64,000 bases of DNA from assembly GCA_051313645.2 (NCBI GenBank), contig JBNRSN020000029.1, positions 31,620,001-31,684,000 of the forward strand, read 5' to 3'. Positions 49,937 to 61,881 of this stretch are shown piece by piece (the first letter of the stretch is position 1; each line of letters begins with the position of its first letter). The notes under the pieces are model-generated. The model made no database searches, had not been told where the DNA came from, and was given only the letters and a program-made list of their open reading frames with translations. The translations under genes were made by a program, and so were the position numbers. This DNA is from Centroscyllium fabricii. Its lineage: Eukaryota.

Positions 49937-50542
49937 GAGTGAGAGTGTGTGTATTAGTGAGTGAGAGTGTGTGTATATATGTGAGTGTTTGTATATGTGC
50001 GTTTATATATGTGTATGTGTATGTGTGCGTTTGTATACATATGTGTTTGTATACATGTGTATGTGTTTGTATACATGTGTATGTGTGCGTTTGTATGCGT
50101 TGTATATACGTATGTATGCGTGTATGTATACATGTATGTGTAGGTGTATGCATATGTGTGACTACATGTGTCTACATTTGTATATGCATATAAGTGTGTA
50201 TATGTGAGTATATATGTATGTGTACATCTGTGCGTTTGTGGACATAGGTGTGTCGTGTGTATATATTTCTCTATACATATATCTAAGTGTTTGTATCTGT
50301 GTGTATCTCTGCACCTGTGTGTGCATATATCTCTATCTATATATGTGTGCGTGTGTATTTGTGTATAAGTATGTGTGTGAATGCATTTGTATGTATGTGT
50401 ATGTATAGATTTGTATGTATATGTCCATTTGTGTGTATATATTTGAGTGTGTCTGTATAAATCTGTTAATATATGCATGAATTTTTATATCTGTACATAT
50501 GTATGTAGGTGTGTGTGTATTTATCCATGTGTGTGTATATCA

Positions 50543-50582
<40 letters not shown>

Positions 50583-50640
50583 ATGTATATATAAATCTCT
50601 GAATATCTGTGTGTGTGCGTTTGTGTATTTTGTGTGTGTT
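49937..50640. repeat. Degenerate (TG)n/(TA)n microsatellite
   Basis: Alternating purine-pyrimidine tract directly after the CpG island. Confidence 0.95.
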
Positions 50641-50815
50641 CCGGTCCTTGCACTAGATGATGAAACCTGGCACACAGTTTCATGAACATACGTCAAACAT
50701 TTTGTGACTGGCCTGCACTTAAACACATCATAACCCAAGTGGCAGGGTCTCCAGGACACGAGACACTGTGACTACAGCTGCCAAAAAGCAGACTATAATT
50801 CCGATTTAATTCATA

Positions 50816-51573
50816 TTCTAATGGATACCCGGGAGTGAGTTACAGTCTGGAATCTAATCGAGGGGTTCGGGTAGTTTATATATAGAATAATGGATACCCA
50901 GGAGTGAGTTACAGGCTGGAATATAATCGAAGGGTTCAGATGGTTTATATGTAGAATAATGGATACCTGGGAGTGAGTTACAGGCTGGAATCTAATGGAG
51001 GGGTTCAGATGGTTTATATGTAGAATAATGGATACCCGGGAGTGAGTTACAGACTGGAATCTAATGGAGGGGTTCAGATGGTTTATATGTAGAATAATGG
51101 ATACCTGGGAGTGAGTTACAGGCAGGAATCTAATTGAGGGGTTCAGATGGTTTATATATAGAATAATGGATACCCGGGAGTGAGACACAGGCTGGAATCT
51201 AATCGAGAGGTTCAGATGGTTTATATATAGAATAATGGATACCTGGGAGTGAGTTACAGGCTGGAATCTAATCGAGGGGTTCAGATGGTTTATATATAGA
51301 ATAATGGATATCCGGGAGTGAGTTACAGGCTGGAATCTAATCGAGGGGTTCAGCTGGTTTATATATAGAATAATGGATACCTGGGAGTGAGTTACAGACT
51401 GGAATCTAATCGAGAGGTTCGGGTGGTTTATATATAGAATAATGGATACCTGGAGTGAGTTACAAGCTGGAATCTAATTGAGGGGTTTAGGTGGTTTATA
51501 TATAGAATAATGGATACCCGGGAGTGAGTTACAGGCTGGAATCTAATCGAGGGGTTCAGCTGGTTTATATATA
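50816..51573. repeat. 69-bp tandem repeat (gggagtgagttacaggctggaatctaatcgaggggttcagatggtttatatatagaataatggataccc)
   Basis: Period 69 (50831 and 50900), about 11 copies. Confidence 0.96.
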
Positions 51574-51737
51574 GATGGTGGCTTGTTGCCGACGTAGACT
51601 ATTGGGTTAATTAGCGCTCTCCTTATTTTTGCAATTTTGGTAATGTCCTGCTCTGCGGGCAATGCTGACCGTGGCAAGTTGGGTGGTGATGGGCAAACCC
51701 CCTTATTGGAGATCATTTGCAGATCTGAGTGGCTTCT

Positions 51738-51980
51738 CAGAGCAGGGCTGTTCTGCCCGGTGTTCTGGGCCAATATTCATCCCTCAACCAACATCACTAA
51801 GACAGATTATCTGGACATTTTCCCTCATTGCTGTTTTGTGGGACCTTGCTGTGCGCAATATCGCTGCCACGTTTCCCACATTACAACACTTCAAAAAGTA
51901 CTTCATTGGCTGTAAAGCGCTTTGGGACGTCCTGAGGTCATGAAAGGCGCTCTATACATGCACATTCTTTTATTTTTCTT
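51738..51980 (+). mobile_element. DeuSINE 3' fragment
   Basis: Same 3' half as 205-449 and 5465-5698. Confidence 0.8.
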
Positions 51981-52494
51981 ATAACAGGATTAAGTCATAT
52001 CCCAAATTGAAGCATCTGTTACAACATTGTCCTTTCGGATTTTAAGATCAGCCAAGGCTCGAAACTCTACTCATTTTGTACCGGTTGACAAGAGTCTCAC
52101 CTTCTGGGACCGTCTCAACCCAGCTCCCAACGGCACAACCACCAACGACTGAACTGAGTGGAAATTATCGTCTCAGTATATAATACCTTTTTTGTGTTCT
52201 GGATTACTGAAACTTAACCACTGCACTGCTGTACTTGGTGCGATAAGTGGTTTTAAACCTAAACAGCAGATGAATGTTTGATACGTTTGTGAGGCATTGC
52301 TCTCTGCTATTTAAACGGAGACATCAGTTCATTTATTTTAAATGGGTTAACACTCCAAGCTAAATAGCAGCCGGGCATTTCAGACAAGCACGTTAAGTAT
52401 TTATCCACTAACATCACTATAGGGATTCCAAGGCTATTATGGTCATTGCTAAATAATTAGAATCCCAGTTTTTTTTTAATGAGGAACTGTGCAT

Positions 52495-52945
52495 TTCTTG
52501 AAGGATTGCATTATGAGGATAGGTTGCATACACTAGCCTTGCATTCCCTTGAGTATAGAAGATTGAGGGAGTGATTTAACGGAGGTGTTTAACATGATAC
52601 AGTAGGGTAGATAGAGAGAGAAACTATTTTCTCGGGTGGGGTGGGGGGGGGGGGGAGTCCAGAACAAGGGGGCAGAACCTTAAAATTAAAACTAGGCCGT
52701 TCGGGGCTGATGTCGGGAAGTACTTCTTCATGCAAAGGGTGGTGGAAATCTGGAACTCTCTCCCCCCAAGCAGCTATTGAGGCTGGGGGTCACTTGGAGC
52801 TTTCGAGACTGAGGTGGGTAGATTTCTGTTGGGCAAGGAGATCGGCAGATTTGGAGCAAGGCAGGAAAATGGAGTTGAGGCAGAAATCAGCCACGATCTG
52901 ATAGAATGGCTTGAGGGGCTGAATGGCCTACTGCTGTTCCTGTGG
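52495..52945 (+). mobile_element. Degraded CR1 3' fragment
   Basis: Residual yEdRL...RRLR and RVVEIWNSLP motifs plus 3' UTR. Confidence 0.6.
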
Positions 52946-52991
52946 CGGGAACGGGGGTCATTTTAACCTAACCCTCAGAACGGAAAACTGA

Positions 52992-54639
52992 CAGGAGGGC
53001 TGATATACTTGAACAAATTAGTATTGAGAGGGAGGAGGTACTAGCGGTTTCAGCAGGCTTAAAAGTGGATAAATCCCCAGGCCCAGATGAGATGTATCCC
53101 AGGCTGCTGGGTGAGGCAAAGGAGGAGATTGCAGGGGCTCTGACACAAATTTTCAGAACCTCTCTGGCCACAGGGGAAGTGCCAGAGGACTGGAGAACAG
53201 CTAACATAGTACCATTATTCAAAAAGGGTAGTAGGGATAAACCAGGGAATTATAGGCCAGTGAGCCTAACATCAGTGGTAGGGCAATTATTGGAAAAACT
53301 ACAGAGGGGCAGAATTAGTCGCCACTTGGAGAGGCAAGGATTAATCAAGGATAGTCAGCATGGCTTTGTCAAGGGAAGATCATGTCTGACCAACTTGATT
53401 GAATTTTACGAGGGGGTGACTAGGTGTACGGATGCGGGTAGTGCAGTGGATGTGGTACACATGGATTTCAGTAAGGCTTTTGATAAAGTCCCGCATAGGA
53501 GACTGGTCAAGAAGGTAAGAGCCCATGGGATCCAGGGCACCTTGGCACATTGGATCCAAAACTGGCTTAGTGACAGGAGGCAGAGGGTGATGGTCGAAGG
53601 TTGTTTTTGTGACTGGAAGCCTGTGTCCAGTGGTGTACCGCAGGCATCGGTGCTGGGTCCCTTGCTGTTTGTAGTCTACATTAATGATTTAGATATGAAT
53701 GTAAAAGGTATGATCAGTAAGTTTGCAGATGACACAAAAATTGGTGGGGTGGTAAATAGTGAGGAGGGAAGCCTCAGTCTGCAGGACGATATAGACGGGT
53801 TGGTCAGATGGGCAGAACAGTAGCAAATGGAATTTAACCCTGAAAAGTGTGAGGTGATGCATTTTTGGAGGACTAACAAGGCAAGGGAATACACAATGAA
53901 TGGTATGAGCCTAGGAAAGACAGAGAATCAGAGGGATCTTGGTGTGCATGTACATAGATCCCTGAAGGCAGCAGGACAGGTAGATAAGGTGGTTATAAAG
54001 GCATATGGGATACTTGCCTTCATTAGCCGAGGCACAGAATATAAGAGCAGGGAGGTTATGATGGAGCTGCACAAAACGCTGGTTAGGCCACAGCTGGAGT
54101 ACTGTGTGCAGTTCTGGTCGCCAGACCATAGGAAGGATGTGATTGCTTTGGAGAGGGTGCAGAGGAGATTCACCAGGATGCTGCCTGGGCTGGAGCACTT
54201 CAGCTATGAAGAGAGACTGGACAGGCTGGGGTTGTTTTCCTTGGAGCAGAGAAGGCTGAGGGGGGACCTGATTGAGGTGTACAAAATTATGAGGGGCATA
54301 GAGAGGGTTGATAGAAAGGAACTTTTCCCCTCAGTAGAGGGGTCAATAACCAGGGGGCATAGTTTCAAGGTAAGGGGCAGGAGGTTTAGAGGGGATTTGA
54401 GGAAAAACTTTTTCACCCAGAGGGTGGTTGGAATCTGGAACTCACTGCCTGAAAGGCTGGTAGAGGCAGGAACCCTCATAACATTCAAGAAGCGTTCAGG
54501 TGAGAACTTGAGATGCCATAGCATGCAAGGCTATGGACCAAGTGCTGGAAAATAGGATTAGAATAGACAGGGCTTGATGGCCGGTGCGGACGTGATGGGC
54601 CGAAGGGCCTCTTTTTGTGCTGTATAACTCTGTGACTCT
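52992..54639 (+). mobile_element. 5'-truncated CR1 LINE (different subfamily) in the putative ZBTB22 intron
   Basis: DKSPGPDEMYPRLL...QHGFVKGRSCLTNL...FADDTK, one TAG at 53821, and a tail ending tataactctgtgactct. Confidence 0.93.
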
Positions 54640-54899
54640 GGGTGGGGGTGGGTGTGGGTGGCGACGCTAGTTTTACCCACCATCCGATTTTACTCTTCGT
54701 TGACGTGAATATTGGGCGAGGTGTAAAACCGGCGTTCCACCTGACCCCCTGGGTTAAAATTGCATGCCACTCCCACCGCTTTGTATTTCTTCTGATACTT
54801 TTCATTATCTTTCTGTCCTGTGTTCTCTTCCCATCTCCCCCCCCCTCCCCCCCCTCCCCCCCCACCTGCCACCCTTTGTCAACCAGGAGCGAAGGAGCC

Positions 54900-56258
54900 A
54901 TGGACACAGGGAGCAACATGGTGTACGTGGACTTCCCCAATTTTAGCAGCAGCCTCCTGGAGAACCTGAATCAGCAGCGGATGGAGGGCAAGTTCTGCGA
55001 CATCTCCATCCACGTGCAGGGCAGGGTGTTCAAGGCCCACCGGGCTGTGCTGGCAGCCTCCTCGCCCTACTTCCACGACCAGGTGCTCTTCCGCAACACC
55101 AGCCGGCTGGTCCTGCCCGGCGTGATGGACTCCCGGGCCTTCGAGAGCATCCTGGCCTCCTGCTATGCCGGCCGGCTGGCCGTTCTGCCGGGCGACATCA
55201 TCAGCTACCTGACGGTGGGCAGCTTCCTGCAGATGTGGCACGTGGTGGACAAGTGCACCGAGCTGCTGCGGGAGAGCCAGCCGCCGCTGCCCCCAACCCC
55301 CGCCCCCAGCGGCCAGCGGGCCTGCCGCACCACCGACAACCAGTCGCCCAGCAGCAGCAACTACTTCAGCCCCCGGGAGGCCAGCGAGGCCAAGCCGGAG
55401 TGTGAGGCGGCGGCGGCGGTCAAACCGGACATCAACGAGGAGGAAGAGGAGGAGGAGGACGAAGAGGAGGAGGAGGAGGCCTCCAAGGGCAAGGAACTGG
55501 AGCACAAGGTCACCAGCAACCAGGGAGAGCCCGCCGGCGGGGAGCTGGTCGAAGGGGGCTTCCCGGACAGCCTGTGCCACCGGCCGCTCTACGTCCAGCC
55601 CAGCATCGTGCCACACAAGCGCTGGGTCTACGTCAAGAAAGAGAAGCCGGAGGAGGACCTGGTGCTGACGTGCGAGGAGGACGAGCACCACTTTGTCAAG
55701 ACGGCCGGCTGCCGCCTCCTCTGGGTCGAGCCGCAGACCCTCAGCATCACCGACGTCTGCACCCTGGCCGGGCCCAAGCTGCTGGGCCCCGAGGACCAGG
55801 GCCTCGCCGACCAGATCAACTACTGCGGCTCCTCCGAGGACATCGCCTATGAGCCCGCCGGCGGCTACTCCCGCCCGGCCCTGGGCGGCCAGCTGGCTGG
55901 CTACCGGCCCCCCGGCGACGCGCGCCACGGGGTGGTGCAGGCCACGGTGGGGGACGGGGGCACCGGCGGTGGCAAGATGTTCGCCTGCCACTGCGGCAAG
56001 ACCTTCACCCACAAGAGCCAGCGGGACCGGCACATCAACATGCACCTCAACCTCCGCCCCTTCGGCTGCACCATCTGCAACAAGAAGTTCAAGATGAAGC
56101 ACCACCTGGTCGAGCATATGAAGATCCACACCGGCCTCAAGCCCTTCGAGTGCCATGTCTGCGGCAAGAAGTTCATGTGGCGCGACAGCTTCCTGCGGCA
56201 CAAAGCTGCCTGCGAAAAACTGCAGCGGGCAACCGCGGGCAACCCTGGCGTCATCTGA
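54900..56258 (+). CDS. ZBTB22: BTB/POZ zinc-finger protein ZBTB22 (452 aa, single coding exon)
   Basis: Acceptor ctttgtcaaccag|54887 and Kozak gccATGg at 54900. BTB domain (LNQQR...CDISIHVQGRVFKAHRAVLAASSPYFHDQV...LTVGSFLQMWHVVDKCTELLRE), ZBTB22-type motifs QSPSSSNYFSPRE, DLVLTCEED and TLSITDV, and three fingers (CHCGK...NMHLNLRPF, CNKKFKMKHHLVEHMKIH, CGKKFMWRDSFLRH). The closest alternative is paralog ZBTB43. Confidence 0.88.
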   Translation: MDTGSNMVYVDFPNFSSSLLENLNQQRMEGKFCDISIHVQGRVFKAHRAVLAASSPYFHDQVLFRNTSRLVLPGVMDSRAFESILASCYAGRLAVLPGDIISYLTVGSFLQMWHVVDKCTELLRESQPPLPPTPAPSGQRACRTTDNQSPSSSNYFSPREASEAKPECEAAAAVKPDINEEEEEEEDEEEEEEASKGKELEHKVTSNQGEPAGGELVEGGFPDSLCHRPLYVQPSIVPHKRWVYVKKEKPEEDLVLTCEEDEHHFVKTAGCRLLWVEPQTLSITDVCTLAGPKLLGPEDQGLADQINYCGSSEDIAYEPAGGYSRPALGGQLAGYRPPGDARHGVVQATVGDGGTGGGKMFACHCGKTFTHKSQRDRHINMHLNLRPFGCTICNKKFKMKHHLVEHMKIHTGLKPFECHVCGKKFMWRDSFLRHKAACEKLQRATAGNPGVI

Positions 56259-57704
56259 AAAAAACGGAGGGGGGCGCGGGTGGCGAGCGAGCAGGCCAGC
56301 CCAGGCGGACTTGATTCCCCCGATAACTGTGGGTTTTTTTCTTTCTAAGGGTGGTACTGTACATTATCCTGTATAAGCTAACCTCATGTACGTGTTTGTC
56401 CGTCACGCGTCCGTGAGAGAGAGAGTGTTGGGATTGGCCGAGCCAGCCGCAGGATCCGGCGATCGATCGGCAGCCCGTTCGGTGTGGCGGTCCAACCGAT
56501 ACCAGCACCGATGACCGGGCAAGGCGGCGGGCAACCCCCGTTTCATCGGGCGAGCTGGCGACTGTGAGCGGGCGAGGGTTGGGGATTCCGCACCTGTTTT
56601 GTCGGCTCCCATTCAATCGTCACTCGTCCACTTGTCAACAGGCACAGGGTGTCATTTGCCTGCTAACTTTGGGTGCCATTTAGTCGCCGCCCATCCCCGG
56701 CCCCCCAAACCAGGCCCCCTGTAGATCCAGTCACCACAGCAGCCTGTGATAATTGACATGCACCCTAGCAAATCTTTTGCATTCAGAGTGAGGGACGGCA
56801 ATGCTGGAGAGCAGAACATTTTTCTTATTTTTTTTCTTTTACACAAACACCCGCCCCCCCCAACTTTTAGCATTAAGCATTCTCCATGTCAGCTACATCA
56901 CTTAGAAAGCAGTGTACACCTTCCTCGACACTGCGCCCCCCACCCCTCCCTGCTTGCAACCACTGCCGCACTTTCCCATTGTAATCACCGCCTGTCCCGG
57001 GACGTCTCTCAGTCAGGGTTAGCTTCCTGCTGTGGGCCCAATGACGTTAGGGGGGGTTGGAAAAGCACTGACCTGGGGTGCATGGTGGACTGTTCCTAAT
57101 TTATACCCAGCACCTTAGTAGCCCGACACGGAGTGAAAAAGTGCTAAAGCGGGGGCCGGGATTGGGGTGGGGGGGAGGGCAGAGAGGGAGGTTGGTCGGG
57201 TTTGATGAGTCCTGGGCCTCCGAAGTCAGCCGGATGCAAATCTGAAAATGGCACGATTCAGTTCCGTGCTGAGAAGCGGACGAGCAAACTGTAAGAAACG
57301 TCAGCTGTCGCGTACTGCTTGAATTGTGTTGAAATAGGCACAAGCTAAGTTGAGCAAGACTGAGGATGGTGGTGAAGTCGGGCGCTGATATTTATGGGTA
57401 CATTGGCAGAGTGCAAGTCGGAGAAGGAAGGACGGACTTGTTGAAAGTGCATATTGCGGTGGCCAGATCCTACCTCGAGCGCCCGCGCCGAGTTCTGGCC
57501 ACAAAACACGAGGGATGGTACTGTAGCCGTGGAGGCCGCGCAGGGAAGAGCGGGCTATGGGTGATTGGTCAGCTGGTGTCAGAGGTCAAGGGTTATGTGG
57601 AGAGGCAGGAGAAACTTGGACCCTTCAAGCTTTGGAGAAGCCTGCTGAGAGGGTGACCTTAAGAGATACCCAAGTAGCAAGTGTACGGACGGGTTAATCC
57701 CGGG

Positions 57705-57958
57705 CAGTGCTTCAGGCCACTCCACCATTGGCGGCCGTGCCTTTAGCTGCCGAGGCCCTGAGCGCTGGAGCTCCCTCCCTACATCTCTCCACCGCTCTCT
57801 CCTTTAAGGCACTCCTTAAAACCGACCTCTTTAACCAAGCTTTTGGACCACCTTATGTGGCTCGGCATCAGATTTTGTCTGATAACGCTCCTGTGAAGCA
57901 GACCATGGGATGTTTCACTACGTTAAAAGGCGCTGAATAAATGCAAGTTGTTGTTGTA
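57705..57958 (+). mobile_element. L2-like LINE/SINE 3' end
   Basis: ccaccattggcggccgtgcc...ctccttaaaaccgacctcttt...aaaggcgct..aaatgcaagttgttgttg. Confidence 0.7.
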
Positions 57959-59060
57959 ATAATTGGACAATGAGGCAGGGGGGAGCCAAATTTAGGGAGC
58001 CTTCTCTGGAAGTTCACAAAGTGTTAGACGTCTGGCATTATCTTCTGGGTAGGATGATAGAAGCAAAAACAAACCTTGAGGTCAACTGAGAGATAGAGAG
58101 ATAGAGAGTAGGATGTTGTGATGAGGGGGGACCTGTGCAGGCTTTTCTGGATAGGTAAGATAAGAGGGGCCAAGTAGCCTTCCTCATCTCTCTCTCTCAG
58201 GAGAATGCTCAGCCCTATTTCACACGGACTCGTCCGGCCAACGGACGGACAAGATAAAACGTCGAGTGGGGTGGGGGAATTTTCGGAGGTTGTGCAACCA
58301 GCGGGGAGTCTCTCCGGCCAGCCAACCATGCTGGCCGGGAAATAGCGGCCAGCACACCAGCGATTTCCCAAAAGGCCAGACTCCCCACCGGTCGCGCCAG
58401 GGTGCCCACCAACCTAATACACGACTCGGACAGCAAAAAACTCCAGTATTAAAATGCGAATACAGTAAGGATTCATTGCTGCTTCTCCAACAAATCTCTT
58501 GCCGCATGATTGAAGTGACGCTCTCCCTGGTTGATCAGCCTGCAGCTGAGCCCTGCAGACCACAGAGAGGCCCTCAGTCTGAACTCCAGTCCTAGCTGGG
58601 CTCAGAACGGGAAGGAGGAATCGGAGAGGATTCTCACTCCCAGTTGCTATCGAGCGTCTCCAGCTAAAATGGCGTCCACCCCGGTGAGGACCTAAGAGCA
58701 TAAGAACTAGGAGCAGGTGTCGGCCATTCGGCCCCTTGAGCCTGCTCCGCCATTCAGTGGGATCATGGCTGATCTCCGACCTCAGCTCCACTTTCCTGAA
58801 CTCTCCCTATAGCCCTTGGTTCCAGAATTGGACCTGGCCATTTGCCCCATTCTCCTGAGGGTTCCTGCCAAAGTTGCAGCGGGAGACCGAGACAAAGGCC
58901 AAGCAAATGATGACGGTTTCGGGAAGAGGTTAAAGGGAAAATAAATTTAGTAGGGTGGGGCGGTGGGGTGGAACACAATAGGTTGACTAGTTACAAGAGA
59001 GAGGTTTGCGGGAAAGGGGAATGCAATAGGCTGTTGAGGTACCTAGATACAAGGGAGGTT

Positions 59061-60627
59061 TAGAAACATAGACGATAGGAGCAGGAGTAGGCCATTCGGC
59101 CCCTCGAGCCATTTTGATGAGATCATGGCTGATCATCCAAACTCAGTACCCCGTACCTGCCTTCTCCCCATATCCCTTGATACCTTTAGCTCTAAGAAAT
59201 ATATCTAACTCTTTCTTGAATATATTTAATGACTTGGCCTCAACTACATTCTGTGGTAGAGAATTCCACAGGTTCACCACTCTCTGGGTGAAGAAATTCT
59301 TCCTCATCTCTGTCTTAAATGGCTTACCCCTTATCCTTAGACTGTGACCCCTGGTTCTGGACTCTCCGATCATCGGGAACATTCTTCCTGCAGCTAGTTT
59401 GTCCAGACCTGACAGAATTTTCTAAGTTTCAATGAGATCCCCTCTCATTCTTCTAAACTCCAGCGAGTATAAGCCCAATCGACCCAATCTCTCCTCATAC
59501 GTCATTCCTGCCACCCCAGGTATCAGCCTGGTGAATCTTCGCTGAACTCCTTCCACGGCAAGAACATCCTTCCTCAGACAAGGAGCAGGAGTCGGCCATT
59601 CGGCCCCTCGAGCCTGCTCCGACATTCAATGAGATCATGGCTGATCATCCAAACTCAGTACCCTGTCCCTGCTTTCTTCCCATCTCCCTTGATCCCTTTA
59701 GCCTTAAGAAATCTATCCAACTCCTTCTTGAATATATTTAATGAATTGGCTTCAACTGCCTTGTGTGGCAGAGAATTCCACAGGTTCACCACTCTCTGGG
59801 TGAAGAAATTCCTCCTCATCTCTGTCCTGAATGACTTACCCCTTATCCTTAGACCGTGACTCCAGATGTTTTGTGGGACTGTTTCCGCTGGTTGGGGATT
59901 CTAGGACTAGGGCACAGTCTAAAAATTTGGGCCAGGCCTTTCAGGAGTGAAGTTCGGAAACATTTCTACACACAAAGGGTGGTAGAAGTTTGGAACTCTT
60001 CTGCAAACGGCAGTTGATGCTCGATCAATTATTAATTTTCAACCAAAGCTATTAAGGGATATGGGCCAAAGGCGGGTATATGGAGTTAGGCCACAAACAG
60101 CCATGAGCTCATTAAATGGCGGAACAGGCTCGAAGGGCTAAATGGCCTCCTGTTCGTATGGGCTAATGCAATGACCTACGAGGAGAGATTGTGAAGTTTG
60201 GGCTTGTACTCGCTGGCGTTTAGAAGATTGAGAGGGGATCTCATCGAAACATATAAAATTCTGACAGGCCTGGACAGGTTAGATTCAGAAAGAATGTTTC
60301 CAATGGTGGGGGAGTCCAGAACCAGGGGCCACAGTCTAAGGATAAGGGGTAAACCATTTAGGACAGATATGAGGAAGAATTTCTTCACCCAGAGAGTGGT
60401 GAGCCTGTGGAATTCCTTGCCACAGAGGGCAGTGGAGGCCAGTTCATTAAATATATTTAAGAGGGAATTGGATATATTTCTTCAGGCTAAAGGGATTAAG
60501 GGTTACGGAGAGAAGGCGGGGACGGGGTACTGAACTTGAAAAATCAGCCATGATCTCATTGAATGGCGGAGCAGGCTCGAAGGGCCGAATGGCCTACTCC
60601 TGCTCCTATCTTCTATGTTTCTATGTC
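59061..60627. mobile_element. Cluster of four CR1 3' fragments (two minus, two plus)
   Basis: Minus 59061-59580 and 59580-59860; plus 59865-60160 and 60168-60627. Each has ORF2 C-terminal motifs or a tail. Confidence 0.88.
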
Positions 60628-61507
60628 TCCAGGGGTTTGATAATGGCCGGTGGGAGACTTGGGGCATCGCTCAGTCGGTGGATCGCGCCGTTAACTGTTA
60701 ACAATTACGGGAAGCAGTTGGAAGGTGGGGGACTTCGGAGAGCTTCGGTCGGTCAGCGGAGGGCAGCCGACTGTCCACTTTCCGACTGCTCCTATCTTCT
60801 ATGTTTCTAAGCTGTTGAGTTAACTAGACACAAGAGAGGTTTGTGGGACAGGGGAGATGGTGGTCTATCAGAACGGGATGGACTTGTTTGGGCCTCGTAA
60901 TCTTTTCTTGCACCTAAAAATTCAACTGCCCCCTAAAACAAATATTAGCAGGGGCTTGTAGAAGCAGAGAGGGTAGGTTAGTGTCTGACCCCTGTGCCTC
61001 CCTCCTACACCGGACCCCTGCCACCATCAATAGCCACAAGGCTGCTTTCACTACCCTTCCGAGCTGTTGGCCCAACCCAGTAGAAATCACTAAACGGACA
61101 TCGAGCTTTTAGTAAAAACATAATCCGCATGCAGTCCCCACCACTCACACTGTCCACACTTGCCACTCCCAGCCGCCTATATCGGGCAAATAGCGCTAAT
61201 TATTTGCCATCACCACAGGCAGCCGTTAAAACGTATGAAGCTCACTGTCTCCTCTTGTGCCGTTCAGTGCTCCGCTGATTTTCCGGCACGGGCAGGACTT
61301 CAGACGGCTTCAGCCAGCTGTTCGCCCGGTTTGATGATGGCGGGAGGCAGTCGGAAAGTGGACAGTCGGCTGCCCTCCGCTGACCGACCGAAGCTCTCCG
61401 AAGTCCCCCACCTTCCAACTGCCTCCCGTAATTGTTAACAGTTAACGGCGCGATCCACCGACTGAGCGATGCCCCAAGTCTCCCACCGGCCGTTATCAAA
61501 CCCCTGG

Positions 61508-61881
61508 AGACATAGAAACATAGAAGATAGGAGCAGGAGTAGGCCATTCGGCCCTTCGAGCCTGCTCCGCCATTCAATGAGATCATGGCTGATCTTTGGC
61601 TGATCTTTCAAGTTCAGTACCCCGTCCCCGCCTTCTCTCCGTAACCCTTAATCCCTTTAGCCTGAAGAAATATATCCAATTCCCTCTTAAATATATTTAA
61701 TGAACTGGCCTCCACTGCCCTCTGTGGCAAGGAATTCCACAGGCTCACCACTCTCTGGGTGAAGAAATTCTTCCTCATATCTGTCCTAAATGGTTTACCC
61801 CTTATCCTTAGACTGTGGCCCCTGGTTCTGGACTCCCCCGCCATTGGAAACATTCTTTCTGAATTTAACCTGTCCAGGCCT
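61508..61881 (-). mobile_element. CR1 3' fragment
   Basis: MFPMAGESRTRGHSLRIRG...GEKAGTGY plus tail. Confidence 0.9.

Noticed and set aside
49939-50759. Cys/Val/Tyr-rich and His/Thr-rich ORFs
   Set aside because: Translations of a (TG)n/(TA)n microsatellite.
54642-54899. 86-aa N-terminal extension of ZBTB22 with a hydrophobic stretch
   Set aside because: It derives from MITE sequence and the intron polypyrimidine tract. The acceptor at 54886 and the Kozak ATG at 54900 explain the true start.
54879-56201. 440-aa antisense ORF over ZBTB22
   Set aside because: Expected shadow ORF of a coding region with very high GC at third codon positions.
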